This document shows, one piece after another, positions 8,579 to 18,604 of a DNA stretch of 64,000 bases. The position numbers and the translations under genes are program-made. Origin of the DNA: Vulcanimicrobiota bacterium (GTDB taxonomy: Bacteria; Vulcanimicrobiota; Vulcanimicrobiia; Vulcanimicrobiales; Vulcanimicrobiaceae); assembly GCA_963695225.1 (NCBI GenBank), contig OY968762.1:1952001-2016000 (forward strand). Direction: 5' to 3'. The notes beneath the pieces are model-generated. The model saw nothing but the letters and a program-made list of their open reading frames with translations, made no database searches and was not told where the DNA came from. The first letter of the stretch is position 1. Each line of letters begins with the position of its first letter.

Positions 8579-9826
8579 CTACGGCAAGTCGTAACGCGAG
8601 GTCAGCTCCGCTACGCGCGCGCGTAACGCCTCTTGCTTTTCGCGCCGGCCGATGTCGTCGAGCCCTTCGGCGATGATCTTGCCGATCTCGCGAGCTTCGT
8701 CGAGCCCCATCCCGCGCGTCGTGACCGCGGGCGTTCCGATGCGGATGCCGCTCGTGATCCCCGGCTTCTGTTGGTCGAACGGGATCGCGTTCTTGTTGAC
8801 CGTCACGTGAATCTCGTCGAGGTACGCCTCGACCGCTTTCCCCGTCAAGCCCTTCGGCGTGAGATCGACGAGCAGCAGATGCGTGTCGGTTCCGCCGCCG
8901 ACGAGCCGCGCCCCCGCCCGCAGCAGCTCCTCGCCGAGAGCGCGCGCGTTCTCGAGCACCTGCTGCTGATACGCCTTGAAGTCCGGCTGGAGCGCCTCGC
9001 CGAACGCGACGGCCTTCGCCGCGATCGTGTGCATGAACGGACCGCCCTGGATGCCCGGGAAGACCGCCTTGTCGAGCGCCTGCGCGTGCTGCACCTTCGT
9101 CAGCACGAGCCCGCCGCGCGGGCCGCGCAGCGTCTTGTGCGTCGTCGTCGTCACGAAATCGGCGTACGGGACGGGCGAGGGATGCAAGCCGACGGCGACG
9201 AGCCCCGCGATGTGCGCCATGTCGACCATGAAGAGCGCGCCGACTTCGTCCGCGATCTCGCGAAACGGAGCGTACTCCATCGTGCGCGGATAGGCGCTCG
9301 CCCCGGCGACGATCAGTTTCGGCTTGTGCTCGCGCGCGAGCGCGCGGACCTCGTCGAAATCGATCAGCTCGGTATCGCGCCGCACGCCGTACGCGAACGC
9401 TTGAAAGTACTTTCCGCTGAACGTGATCTTCGCGCCGTGCGTCAAGTGCCCGCCGTGGGGGAGCGCGAGTCCCATGATCGCATCGCCGGGTTGCAGCACC
9501 GCGAAGAAGACCGCCGTGTTCGCCTGGGCGCCCGCGTGCGGCTGCACGTTCGCATGCTCCGCCGCGAAGAGCCGCTTCGCGCGGTCGATCGCGATCCGTT
9601 CTGCGATATCTACGAACTCGCAGCCGCCGTAGTAGCGCTTCCCCGGGTAACCTTCCGCGTATTTGTTCGTCAACCGGCTGCCTTGCGCTTCGCGCACTGC
9701 GGCGCTCGCGTAGTTTTCCGACGCGATCAGCTCGAGGTTCTCGCGCAAACGCCGGTTCTCGCCGTCGATCGCGGCGTAGACCTCCGGGTCCGCGGCGGCA
9801 AGCAAGGTCGGGTCGAGCGTCTGCAT
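8579..9826 (-). CDS. glyA: Serine hydroxymethyltransferase
   Basis: [42 protein letters not shown] motifs. Confidence 0.98.
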   Translation of the reverse strand: MQTLDPTLLAAADPEVYAAIDGENRRLRENLELIASENYASAAVREAQGSRLTNKYAEGYPGKRYYGGCEFVDIAERIAIDRAKRLFAAEHANVQPHAGAQANTAVFFAVLQPGDAIMGLALPHGGHLTHGAKITFSGKYFQAFAYGVRRDTELIDFDEVRALAREHKPKLIVAGASAYPRTMEYAPFREIADEVGALFMVDMAHIAGLVAVGLHPSPVPYADFVTTTTHKTLRGPRGGLVLTKVQHAQALDKAVFPGIQGGPFMHTIAAKAVAFGEALQPDFKAYQQQVLENARALGEELLRAGARLVGGGTDTHLLLVDLTPKGLTGKAVEAYLDEIHVTVNKNAIPFDQQKPGITSGIRIGTPAVTTRGMGLDEAREIGKIIAEGLDDIGRREKQEALRARVAELTSRYDLP

Positions 9827-9958
9827 GGGTGCGAAGGTCCTCATCGGGGCGCGGAACAGCGTTCCGCCGGTGGCCAGGCCCGGGTCCTTCGACGCCCCCG
9901 CCGGGGGGACCGTTAGCAGCAAGCGGCGGCGAAACCCGCCCGGCGAACCGTCCTCGCG

Positions 9959-10468
9959 CTACGCCGGGGCCTTCGGCGTCTCGGCGCCGGTGACGACGCC
10001 GCGCGCGACGTCGGCGGCGGCCTTAGCCTGCGCGGCCCCGTCGTACGCGAGCTTCGCGGCACGCGGCGCGTGCCGGCCGCCCTCGAACGGCGTCTCCAAG
10101 AAGACCGAGACCAGGCGTTCGATCATCTCCCAACCCGTGATGCGTTCGCTGAGCGCGAGCACGTTCGCGTCGTTGTGCCGGCGCGAGAGTTCCGTGACGA
10201 GCGGTTCGAACGCGACCGCGCAACGGATGCCCGGAACTTTGTTCGCGGCGATCGCGATCCCGATGCTCGAGCCGCAGACGACGATGCCGCGGTCCGCGAG
10301 ACCGCTCGCAACCGCCTGCCCCACGGCAAATCCGTAATCGGGATAGTCGACTGCCGCGGGGCCGTGCGTGCCGAAATCGAGGACCGTGTAGCCGCGCGCC
10401 CCGAGTTCCTCGACGAGGCGATCTTTGTACGAGTAGCCGGCATGGTCTGCAGCGAGCGCGATCTTCAC
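9959..10468 (-). CDS. rpiB: Ribose-5-phosphate isomerase B
   Basis: ADHAG, DYPD, CGSSIG, ANKVPGIR, RHNDANVL, FEGGRH motifs; GTG start after AAGGA. Confidence 0.95.
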   Translation of the reverse strand: MKIALAADHAGYSYKDRLVEELGARGYTVLDFGTHGPAAVDYPDYGFAVGQAVASGLADRGIVVCGSSIGIAIAANKVPGIRCAVAFEPLVTELSRRHNDANVLALSERITGWEMIERLVSVFLETPFEGGRHAPRAAKLAYDGAAQAKAAADVARGVVTGAETPKAPA

Positions 10469-10569
10469 GAAGGTCCTTTTCCTCGGAGCGAACGGATTGC
10501 CGGAATCGTACCACATCGCGCCTCGCCGGCGAGCAGGCGGTCGCGCCGGGGCCACGAAGCGCGATTGCG

Positions 10570-11295
10570 ATGAAGCTCGCCTGTTCCAGTGCCGACCTCG
10601 CACGCTCGCTCGCGTCGGGAACGCTCACGCAACTGGAGTGGCTCGATTGGTGCGCAGCCGAACTCGCCGCCGACGGCGTCGTGTTCGACGTCCGCCATTT
10701 TCCGCGGACCGACGGCGAGTATCTCGCACAACTGAAGAAACTTTGCGCGGATCTCGGGCTCACGATCGCGGCCGTCGCCGACGACGCCGCCTTCGAAGAG
10801 GAGGGCGCGCGCGCGCTCTCCATCGCCGCGGCGCTCGGCGCGCCCGTCGTCGTCGCCCGCGCGCCGCACGCACTCGGCGAGAACGGCGAGACCTGGAACC
10901 GCTTCGTAGCCGGCGCGAAGAGCGCCGCGCGGGCCGCGAAGCGCACGAACGTGACGCTCGCGCTGCGCAACGCTCCCGCAACGCTCTGCCCGGGGGCGGC
11001 CGAGTGCAAGCACCTTTCCAAGGACGTCGATAGCGCCTGGCTCCGTTTCGCCCCCGACCTAGCCTCGCTCGGTCCGTTAGAGGAAGCGAGCGCGCTCCTG
11101 CGCCGGGCCGTCATCGCGACCCACACGCTCGGGCCCGCCGACGACTACGAGGCGCTCGCGCGGACGCTCTCGGCGCTTCGCGCGTTCCTCGTTATCGAAC
11201 CGTCGGGTCCCGAGCCGCAAGCGGAGCTGCGCACGGCCGTCGCCCGGCTGCGTCACGCCTGGGCAGAACAGCAACTCGACCGCTCGCAGGCCTAG
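10570..11295 (+). CDS. Xylose-isomerase-like TIM-barrel (sugar phosphate isomerase/epimerase family) protein
   Basis: MKLACSS start, LKKLCADLGLTI and AAALGAPVVV patterns; metal ligands appear partly degenerate. Confidence 0.65.
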   Translation: MKLACSSADLARSLASGTLTQLEWLDWCAAELAADGVVFDVRHFPRTDGEYLAQLKKLCADLGLTIAAVADDAAFEEEGARALSIAAALGAPVVVARAPHALGENGETWNRFVAGAKSAARAAKRTNVTLALRNAPATLCPGAAECKHLSKDVDSAWLRFAPDLASLGPLEEASALLRRAVIATHTLGPADDYEALARTLSALRAFLVIEPSGPEPQAELRTAVARLRHAWAEQQLDRSQA

Positions 11296-11315
11296 GTCGC
11301 GCCGGATCTACGGAA

Positions 11316-11502
11316 GGACAACGACCGCACTGCCGTCTGCATGCCCGGTTTGAACCTGCTTTTTGCAGGTGGGTGCGGCCCGGGCGCGAGGTGTGAACGG
11401 GGTATGCCGTACGCATCCTCTCGTATCCGGAGCTGATGCTCCCTTGGTGTCTTCATTGGCCCAACACCTAAGCAAGTACGCGAGCGAGCGCAGTCGTTGT
11501 CT
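11316..11502 (-). ncRNA. ssrS: 6S RNA
   Basis: ~185 nt; 15-bp closing stem GACAACGACUGCGCU/AGUGCGGUCGUUGUC (G-U pairs only on minus strand); 3' CCUGC-AAAAA-GCAGG-UUCAA motif; upstream TG-G-GACAAT extended -10. Confidence 0.8.
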
Positions 11503-11608
11503 GCTGGGATTGTCCCACCTCGGTCAAGTCTTGACGAAACGAACGCGGCGTGATCCACCCATACCGAGCCGTGCAGCGAAGGTGCGCCCGTAGATAGCCT
11601 GTGCAGCG

Positions 11609-12334
11609 TCAATGCCGGCTTTGGGCTCCCTCACCGTCGTCCGGGTTCCCGAATTCGAACGGCAGCGCGACATCGACGGGCGCGATGCAGGCGGGGTCGT
11701 CGTGGGCCACCGAGTTCACGCGCGGCGAAACCGGCGTCGCGCTCATTTCGTCGGACGGGAACGGCCGCAGCAGCGGCATCGTCGACTCCGGGGGCGCCTC
11801 GCCGGGCGTCAGCCAGCGCTCGTAATCGCGCGGATGCAGCATCACGGGCATGCGCTCGTGGATGCGGCCCACGAGTTCGTTCGCGCGGGTCGTCACGATC
11901 GTGACCGAATCGATCGGCGGTTCGTGCGAGCGTTCCCGGTGCGCCCACAATCCCGCGAACGCGAACGGCTCGCCGGTGAGCAGCGAATAGCGGATCGGAA
12001 GCTTGCGCCCGTCGGGCAAATGCCGCCATTCGTAGAAGCCGTCCGCCAGGACGAGCGCGCGCCGCCGCACGAGCGCATCGTGGAAGGCCGGGCGTTCGAG
12101 CAACGTCTCCGCGCGCGCGTTGATCAGCCGGTTGCCGATCGAGGGATCCTTCGCCCAATTCGGGACGAGACCCCAATGCAGCGCGACGATCTCGTGGCGG
12201 CCGTCGTTGCGGACGGCGAGCACGTCATCGGTCGGCGCGACGTTCCAGCGCGGAAGGGCGTCCGTGACGAGACGATAATGCGGAAACGCGCGCTCGATCG
12301 CGTCGATCCGGCTCATCGTATACCGCCCGCACAT
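11609..12334 (-). CDS. SOS response-associated peptidase (SRAP/HMCES/YedK family)
   Basis: MCGRY N-terminus, NVAP, WGLVP.W, INARAET, DGFYEW, HERMPV motifs. Confidence 0.96.
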   Translation of the reverse strand: MCGRYTMSRIDAIERAFPHYRLVTDALPRWNVAPTDDVLAVRNDGRHEIVALHWGLVPNWAKDPSIGNRLINARAETLLERPAFHDALVRRRALVLADGFYEWRHLPDGRKLPIRYSLLTGEPFAFAGLWAHRERSHEPPIDSVTIVTTRANELVGRIHERMPVMLHPRDYERWLTPGEAPPESTMPLLRPFPSDEMSATPVSPRVNSVAHDDPACIAPVDVALPFEFGNPDDGEGAQSRH

Positions 12335-12382
12335 CACCGCGCTTTCGGGCCGGTCGCGGCGCGGTCCCGCAGCGCGGCCCGC

Positions 12383-13867
12383 TCAGGCGCCGTCCCCGCC
12401 CGCCCGCTTGCGCCCGAGGACCGGTTCGAACGCGGCGAGCGCACGCGCACGCGCGTAAGCGTGCGGAACGATCGGCTCGGGATAGTCGCGGCCGAGCGCG
12501 AAGCCGAGTTGCTCCGCGAGGAGCGGCGGAAGAGTCTGCGGCGCGTGGACGTACTTCGCCGGAAGCGTTGCGAGCGCGGGCAGCATCGCGCGAACGAAGG
12601 TCCCGTGCGGATCGAACTTCTCGCCCTGCAACGTCGGATTGAAGATGCGAAAGTACGGCGCGGCATCGGTTCCGGTCGAAGCCGCCCACTGCCAGCCGCC
12701 GTTGTTCGCGGCGAGATCCGCGTCGGCGAGACGTTGCTCGAAGTACCGCTCGCCCCGGCGGTAGTCGAGGAGCAAGTGCTTCGTGAGAAACGAGGCGGCG
12801 ATCATGCGCAACCGGTTGTGCATCCAGCCCGTCGCATTCAGTTGCACCATCGCCGCGTCGACGATGGGGTACCCGGTGCGACCGTGCGACCAGGCCTCGA
12901 AATCGGCCTCGGCCCCGCGCCACGGGATGTTGCGCGCCGCGGGAAGGAACGGGCCGCGCGCGACGTGCGGAAAGTTCGCGAGGATCTGCAGGTAGAAATC
13001 GCGCCAGATCAGTTCCGAGAGCCACGTTTCGGCTCCGAGCCGCGCCGCCGCGTCCGGCGCGGCCGCGCGAGCCTCCGCCGCCGCGGCGACGCACGTTCGA
13101 ATCCCGATCGTTCCGGCGCGCAGGTGCGGCGAGAGATGCGACGTCCCCGCCAGCGCGGGGACGTTGCGCTCCCGCTCGTACGCGTGGATCGGTCCGCCGG
13201 CGAAGCGCGCGAGGAGCGCTCGCGCAGCGCTCTCGCCGACGAGCGGAAACCCCGGGAGCGGCTCGTGACCGTAATCCTGCGGCGCAGGAACCGCGCGTGC
13301 GGCACCCAGCAGTTCGCGCGGAAGGAACCGGGCGGCCGGGATCCGCTCCGAAGGGAGGGGGGCGCGCGGATCGGCGGCATGCCTTTCGAGCCAGCGGCGT
13401 TTGTACGGCGTGAAGACGGCGTAGGGCTTCCCAGTGCCCTGCCGGATCTCGTCGGCCCAATAATACGCGTGGTCGCGGCAGGCGACCGCGCTCCGGCCGC
13501 TCGCTCGAAACTCCGCTTCGACGCGCGCGTCGCGCGAGCGAGCCGCGGGCTCGACGTCTTCGGCGTAATAGAGCGCGCCCGCGCCCAGCCGCTCGGCGCA
13601 CGACATCAATTCCGCGGCGCACGCGCCTTCGAGCAGCACGAGATCGCTGCCGCGTTCGCGCAACTCCGTCCGGAGGTCCGCGAGCGCGCGCAAGAACGCG
13701 GTGACGATCGCCGCGCCGGTGCGCTCGCCGCGGAGTTGCTCCGGATCGAGGACGAACGCGCAAGCGACCGTCTCACACTCCCGGGTGGCAAGCCAAAGAG
13801 CGGTGCTGTCGGACAAGCGCAGGTCGCGGCGCAACCATACCAGCGCGCGGCGAACGGGGGAGGGCAT
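12383..13867 (-). CDS. phr: Deoxyribodipyrimidine photolyase (class I/III)
   Basis: WLRRDLRL.D, TSHLSPHL, ELIWRDFY, GRTGYPIVDAAM, WMHNRLRM, NNGGWQW, YFRIFNP motifs. Confidence 0.95.
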   Translation of the reverse strand: MPSPVRRALVWLRRDLRLSDSTALWLATRECETVACAFVLDPEQLRGERTGAAIVTAFLRALADLRTELRERGSDLVLLEGACAAELMSCAERLGAGALYYAEDVEPAARSRDARVEAEFRASGRSAVACRDHAYYWADEIRQGTGKPYAVFTPYKRRWLERHAADPRAPLPSERIPAARFLPRELLGAARAVPAPQDYGHEPLPGFPLVGESAARALLARFAGGPIHAYERERNVPALAGTSHLSPHLRAGTIGIRTCVAAAAEARAAAPDAAARLGAETWLSELIWRDFYLQILANFPHVARGPFLPAARNIPWRGAEADFEAWSHGRTGYPIVDAAMVQLNATGWMHNRLRMIAASFLTKHLLLDYRRGERYFEQRLADADLAANNGGWQWAASTGTDAAPYFRIFNPTLQGEKFDPHGTFVRAMLPALATLPAKYVHAPQTLPPLLAEQLGFALGRDYPEPIVPHAYARARALAAFEPVLGRKRAGGDGA

Positions 13868-13927
13868 CGCCGCGCCTTTCGCGCGACGCGTCGAGGACCT
13901 GCGTCGAGCCGGGCCTAAACCGAGTTC

Positions 13928-14932
13928 ATGGATCTCTCCATCACCGAACTCGCGCTCCCGCTCGCCCACGCCTTCACGATCACGCGCGGCTCGCAGACGG
14001 TCACGGAAACGGCACTCTTCCGGCTGCGCTGGAACGGCCTCGAAGGGCTCGGCGAGTCGTCGCCGATACCGCGCTACGGCGAGAGCCTCGCTTCCGTTCG
14101 CGACGCCTTTCGCACGCGCGATTTCGCCGGGGAGACGCCGTACGAGATGGAGCGCCTGCTCGAGGGTCTTCCGCCCGCCGCGAAGTGCGGGCTCGACATC
14201 GCGCTGCACGATCTCGTCGGCAAAGACCTCGACCGCCCGCTCTGGCAACTGCTCGGGCTCGATCCGGCCCGCACGCCGACGACGTCGTTCACGATCGGCA
14301 TCGACACGCTCCCCGTGACGTTGCAGAAGCTCGAAGAGATACGCGATCATCCCGTCATCAAAGTCAAGCTCGGCACCGGGCGCGAAGTCGAAACGATCGA
14401 GGCGATGCGCGCGCGTTATACCGGGACGCTGCGCATCGACGCCAACGAAGGTTGGACGCCCGAACGGAGCGTTTCGATCTTGCGCGAGCTCGAGCGATTC
14501 GACATCGAATTCTGCGAGCAGCCGATCCCCGCGGGATCGCCCGCGCAATTGCGTTACATCCGCGAGCATTCGGCGATCCCGATCGTCACGGACGAAGACT
14601 CCAAGGACGCCTTCGATCTCCCGCGCTTGATCGGTTGCGTCGACGGCATCAACGTCAAGCTCGTGAAGTGCGGAGGAATCCGCGGCGCGCTCGCGATGAT
14701 CCACACTGCGCGCGCGCTCGGTTTGAAGATCATGCTGGGCTGCATGGTGGAGAGCCAAGTCCTCACCACGGCCGCGGCGCATCTCTCCCCGCTCGTCGAT
14801 TGGGCCGATCTCGACGGGCCGTTCCTCACCGCCGAGGATCCGTTCGACGGCATCGCCTACGCGAACGGAAAGATCGTCCTGCCGGAAGGCCCCGGGCTCG
14901 GCGTTCGCGAGCGTTCGACGGCGAAGCCGTAA
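13928..14932 (+). CDS. Dipeptide epimerase / N-acyl amino acid racemase (enolase superfamily, AEE/DgcA-like)
   Basis: KVKLG, DANEGW, EQP, TDED, INVKLVKCGG, GCMVES, DLDG motifs. Confidence 0.92.
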   Translation: MDLSITELALPLAHAFTITRGSQTVTETALFRLRWNGLEGLGESSPIPRYGESLASVRDAFRTRDFAGETPYEMERLLEGLPPAAKCGLDIALHDLVGKDLDRPLWQLLGLDPARTPTTSFTIGIDTLPVTLQKLEEIRDHPVIKVKLGTGREVETIEAMRARYTGTLRIDANEGWTPERSVSILRELERFDIEFCEQPIPAGSPAQLRYIREHSAIPIVTDEDSKDAFDLPRLIGCVDGINVKLVKCGGIRGALAMIHTARALGLKIMLGCMVESQVLTTAAAHLSPLVDWADLDGPFLTAEDPFDGIAYANGKIVLPEGPGLGVRERSTAKP

Positions 14933-14973
14933 CGCGCGGGGACGCCCCGGCGCGGCGCGGAACCGAGTCCGGC

Positions 14974-16044
14974 ATGCGCAGTTATGCAGTTCTCGCAATC
15001 GATTCCTTCGCAACCCGCAGCGCCAAGACGGCGCACGGCGTGATCGCCTACGGCAGCGACGAGATCGCCGCCGTGATCGATCCCTCGCTCGCGGGGCGGC
15101 GCGTGTCCGACGTGATGCCGCATCTGCGCCGCGACGCGCCGATCGTCGCGAGCGTCGCCGAGGCGCTCGCGTACGCCCCGACGTCGCTGCTCGTCGGCGT
15201 CGCACCCCCGGGAGGCGCGCTCCCGCCGACGTGGCGCCACGAGATCCACGCCGCGCTCGACGCGAAGCTCGAGATCGTCAGCGGCCTGCACGAGCAGTTG
15301 CGCGAGGATGCGGAGTTCGCGGCCGCCGCGGCGCGCAGCGGAGCGGCGATCTGGGACGTGCGCTTCCCGCCCGAGGTCCCGCTGTTCTCGGGGGCCGCGT
15401 GGCGCGTCCCGGCGCGCGTGGTGTTGACGGTCGGCAGCGATTGTGCCGTCGGAAAGATGACCGTCTCGCTGGAACTGCAGCGCGCGGCCCGCGATCGCGG
15501 CGTGCGCGCAGGCTTCGTCGCGACCGGGCAAACCGGGATCATGATCGCCGGAAGCGGCATCGCGATCGATCGCGTGATCGCCGATTTCGCGCCGGGCGCG
15601 ACCGAGCAGATCGTCGTCGAAGGCGCGCGCGATGCGGACCTGTTGTTCGTCGAAGGCCAAGGCGGCATCAATCACCCGGCCTACGCACCGGTCACGCTCG
15701 CGCTCATGTACGGCGCCGCGCCGGATGCGCTCGTCCTCGTCCACTACGTCGCGCGCAAGACCGTCGAAGCGTTCGGCACGCCGGTGCTCCCGTACGGGCG
15801 CTTGATCGAGCTCTACGAAGGACTCTGCGCGACCGTTAAGCCGGCGCGCGTCGCCGGCATCGCCTTGAACACGCTCGGCCTCGACGACGCCGCGGCCCGC
15901 GCGGCGATCGAAGATGCACGGCGCCAAACCGGGCTCCCCGCCGACGACGTCGTGCGCTACGGGCCGCACGCATTCTACGACGCGATCGCACCGGCGCTGC
16001 GCGAGAAGACGAGGGCGCTCGGGATAGAGCCCGCCTCTGCATGA
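14974..16044 (+). CDS. DUF1611 protein (DgcN-like D-glutamate N-acetyltransferase)
   Basis: AKTAHG, SGLH, GSDCAVGKM, ATGQTGI, EGQG motifs; paired with the epimerase. Confidence 0.88.
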   Translation: MRSYAVLAIDSFATRSAKTAHGVIAYGSDEIAAVIDPSLAGRRVSDVMPHLRRDAPIVASVAEALAYAPTSLLVGVAPPGGALPPTWRHEIHAALDAKLEIVSGLHEQLREDAEFAAAAARSGAAIWDVRFPPEVPLFSGAAWRVPARVVLTVGSDCAVGKMTVSLELQRAARDRGVRAGFVATGQTGIMIAGSGIAIDRVIADFAPGATEQIVVEGARDADLLFVEGQGGINHPAYAPVTLALMYGAAPDALVLVHYVARKTVEAFGTPVLPYGRLIELYEGLCATVKPARVAGIALNTLGLDDAAARAAIEDARRQTGLPADDVVRYGPHAFYDAIAPALREKTRALGIEPASA

Positions 16045-17693
16045 AGCCCGGGCGCGGGCGGCGCCGGCCTCTCGCGCTCGCCGCGCTCCTGGCGGCGGCG
16101 TGCCTCGGCTTCTCCGCCTGCGCGAAGGCCCCGCCGCAGCCCGCCTTCGGGGGCGCGCGGAACCCGTGGACGCAACCCGGCCGCTTGCGGCTGGGATACC
16201 CCGACGAGCCCGACAATCTCAACGCGATGTTCGCGCACGCGGCGGCCGCCGACGAAGCCGATTCGCTTCTGTTCGCCCCCGTCTTCCGCTACGACGAACG
16301 CGGCGAGTTATTCCCGGAGCTCGCCCTCGAGGTTCCGACGTACGCGAACCGCGGCATCTCGCGCGACGGCAAGACGATCGTTCTGCACTTTCGCAAGGGG
16401 GTGAAGTGGTCCGACGGCGCTCCGCTCGACGCGCGGGACCTGCGTTTCACCTGGCAGGCGGTGATGAACGATGCGAATGCCGCGAAGACGCGCGCCGGTT
16501 GGGACGACATCGCTGGAATCGATCTGCCGGACGCGCACACCGCGACGATCCGCCTCAAACGAACGAACGCGGCGATCCTGGGCATCTTCGCCGTCGGCGG
16601 CGCGGCCGTTCCTCCGCTCCCGGCCCATCTGCTCGCGGCATTGCCGGACATCAATCACGCGCCGTTCAACGCGGCGCCGATCTCGAGCGGCCCGTATCTC
16701 CTGCGCGCATGGAACCACGGCGCTTCGCTCGAGTTCGCCGCGAATCCGGGATATTGGCGCGGCAAACCCGCGATCGCCGCGATCTCGTGGCGGGTGATAC
16801 CGAACGCCGAGACGCTGTTTTCGCAGCTACGGACGCACGAGATCGACGTCTACCCGAACGTCGCGGAGGATCAGATCGGCCGGCTGGCAGCGCTTCCGGG
16901 GATCGCGGTCGCGAAGCGAACGATCGCCAATTGGCGCAGACTCGCGATCAACTGCAACAAGCCGGCGCTGCGCGACGTGCGGGTTCGGCGCGCGATCGCG
17001 GAGGCGGTCGACTGGGACCGCATCAATCGCACGATCTATCGCGGCTACAATCTGCGAGCGGTCAGCGACATCATGCCGGGGACCTGGGCCGCGCCGAAGA
17101 TCCCGTTCTACCGGCACGATCCGGACGAGGCGGCGGCCTTGCTCGATGCGGCGGGGTTCCGGCGCGGGCCGGACGGCACGCGCGTCAAAGACGGCGTGCG
17201 CCTCGAGCTGACGCTTTCGAGCACGAACAAGGCGGCCAACGAACGGGCCGAAGTTCAGATGCAGCAGGAGCTGGGCGCAATCGGGGTGCGGATCTCGATC
17301 AAGAACTACCCCGCGAGCCTCCTATTCGCGCAGACCGGCCCGCTCTACGGGGGCGCGTACGATCTCGAGTGGTCGGTCGAGACGAACGCCCCCGATCCCG
17401 ATAATCAGGCGAACTTCAGCGGCGACTTCATTCCCCCGCACGGAGCGAACACGTCGTTCTTGAACGATCCCGAGATCACGCGCCTCTCGGATGAGGCCTT
17501 GCGCACGTTCGACCGCCCCAGGCGCAAAGCGTTGTACCAGGGGGAGGAGCAGCGAATCCACGAAATCGTCCCCGTCGTGTTCCTCTATTGGGAGAACGGG
17601 TACTCCGCGTACAACAGCGACTTGACGGGTTACAAGCCGGCGCAGTTCGTCGCCGATAATTGGAACGCGTGGGAATGGAGGCTCGAGCCTTGA
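16041..17693 (+). CDS. Peptide ABC transporter substrate-binding lipoprotein (family 5)
   Basis: Lipobox-like FSAC; RKGVKWSDGAPL.A.D..FTW family 5 signature; SGPY. Confidence 0.92.
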   Translation: MKPGRGRRRPLALAALLAAACLGFSACAKAPPQPAFGGARNPWTQPGRLRLGYPDEPDNLNAMFAHAAAADEADSLLFAPVFRYDERGELFPELALEVPTYANRGISRDGKTIVLHFRKGVKWSDGAPLDARDLRFTWQAVMNDANAAKTRAGWDDIAGIDLPDAHTATIRLKRTNAAILGIFAVGGAAVPPLPAHLLAALPDINHAPFNAAPISSGPYLLRAWNHGASLEFAANPGYWRGKPAIAAISWRVIPNAETLFSQLRTHEIDVYPNVAEDQIGRLAALPGIAVAKRTIANWRRLAINCNKPALRDVRVRRAIAEAVDWDRINRTIYRGYNLRAVSDIMPGTWAAPKIPFYRHDPDEAAALLDAAGFRRGPDGTRVKDGVRLELTLSSTNKAANERAEVQMQQELGAIGVRISIKNYPASLLFAQTGPLYGGAYDLEWSVETNAPDPDNQANFSGDFIPPHGANTSFLNDPEITRLSDEALRTFDRPRRKALYQGEEQRIHEIVPVVFLYWENGYSAYNSDLTGYKPAQFVADNWNAWEWRLEP

Positions 17694-18604
17694 GCGTCGC
17701 ATTCGCGGCCGCACCGGTCGCTCCGGGTTCAAAGACGATGCTGCCGTTCGACGGGGCGCGGCATGCCATCGTCTCGTGGAACACGTCCGCGCCGGAGGGG
17801 GAAATCCGGGTGCGCGCGTTCGCGCGCGACGGTTCAGCCGGCGAACGGCTGCGCCTGGCGCGCTGGTCGCCGGCGGAGCGCCGCTCGTTCAGCGAACGCG
17901 ATGCCTCGATCGATGTCGAAGTCGACATCGTGCGCGCGCTCGTCCCGATCGCCTCGCTCGAGATCGAGACGAACGCGCCGCTCGACCTTCTCGCGCTGAC
18001 GACTCGCGGCGAACGCGTGGAGCCGCGGCCGCACGGCGGGCGGGCGATCGACCTTCCCGTCCCGCCGCGCTCGCAATTTCCGGACGACCTCGCGTCGATA
18101 CCGCCGCGCCTCGCGAGCAGCGCGCGCGGTTGGTGCAGCGCCGCTTCGCTCGCGATGGTGCTGGAATACTACGGCCGGCCGGTGACGCTCGTCGAGGTCG
18201 CGAGCCGCGTCTTCGATTCAGCCTTCGGCGGGACGGGGAACTGGTCGTTCAACGTCGCCTTCGCAGGCTCGCTGGGCTTGCGGGCGCACGTGGCGTATCT
18301 GCGCGATCTGCGCGCGGCGGAGGAGTTCGTCGCCCGCGGCATCCCGCTCGCCCTCACCTACTCGTGGCGCCGCGGGGACCTGCCGGGGGCTCCGCACGCC
18401 GAATCGTCCGGACACTTCTCGGTCCTGCGCGGCTTCGACGCGCTCGGGAATCCGCTGCTGAACGATCCGGCGCAGCCCGCGCTCCGCGCGGCGTATCCGC
18501 GCTCCGCATTCGAAGCGGTCTGGCTGCGGCACGGGGGCGTGGCATACGTCGTCGCTCCGCCGCAAGAGGCCGCCGTCGTGGGCGAGTTCGCTGCCTCAGC
18601 CTAA
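17690..18604 (+). CDS. C39-like (papain-fold) peptidase
   Basis: SQ...WCSAASLAMVL (Cys), GNWSFN, GHFSVLRGFD (His), NDPA (Asp). Confidence 0.85.
   Translation: MSVAFAAAPVAPGSKTMLPFDGARHAIVSWNTSAPEGEIRVRAFARDGSAGERLRLARWSPAERRSFSERDASIDVEVDIVRALVPIASLEIETNAPLDLLALTTRGERVEPRPHGGRAIDLPVPPRSQFPDDLASIPPRLASSARGWCSAASLAMVLEYYGRPVTLVEVASRVFDSAFGGTGNWSFNVAFAGSLGLRAHVAYLRDLRAAEEFVARGIPLALTYSWRRGDLPGAPHAESSGHFSVLRGFDALGNPLLNDPAQPALRAAYPRSAFEAVWLRHGGVAYVVAPPQEAAVVGEFAASA

Noticed and set aside
9827..9958. Possible ZTP, THF or glycine riboswitch upstream of glyA
   Set aside because: GC-rich hairpins only; I could not find the conserved motifs
11292..11612. ORFs 11292..11612 (-) and 11363..11593 (+); tmRNA or RNase P as alternative RNA calls
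   Set aside because: No protein motifs. The region is explained by a ~185-nt RNA with a closing stem, lacking tRNA-like ends and RNase P signatures
11612..13918. Long antisense or alternate-frame ORFs (e.g. 768 aa here, 48421..50463, 48479..51022, 32308..33888)
   Set aside because: Arg/Ala-rich shadow ORFs expected at this GC content, overlapping well-supported genes
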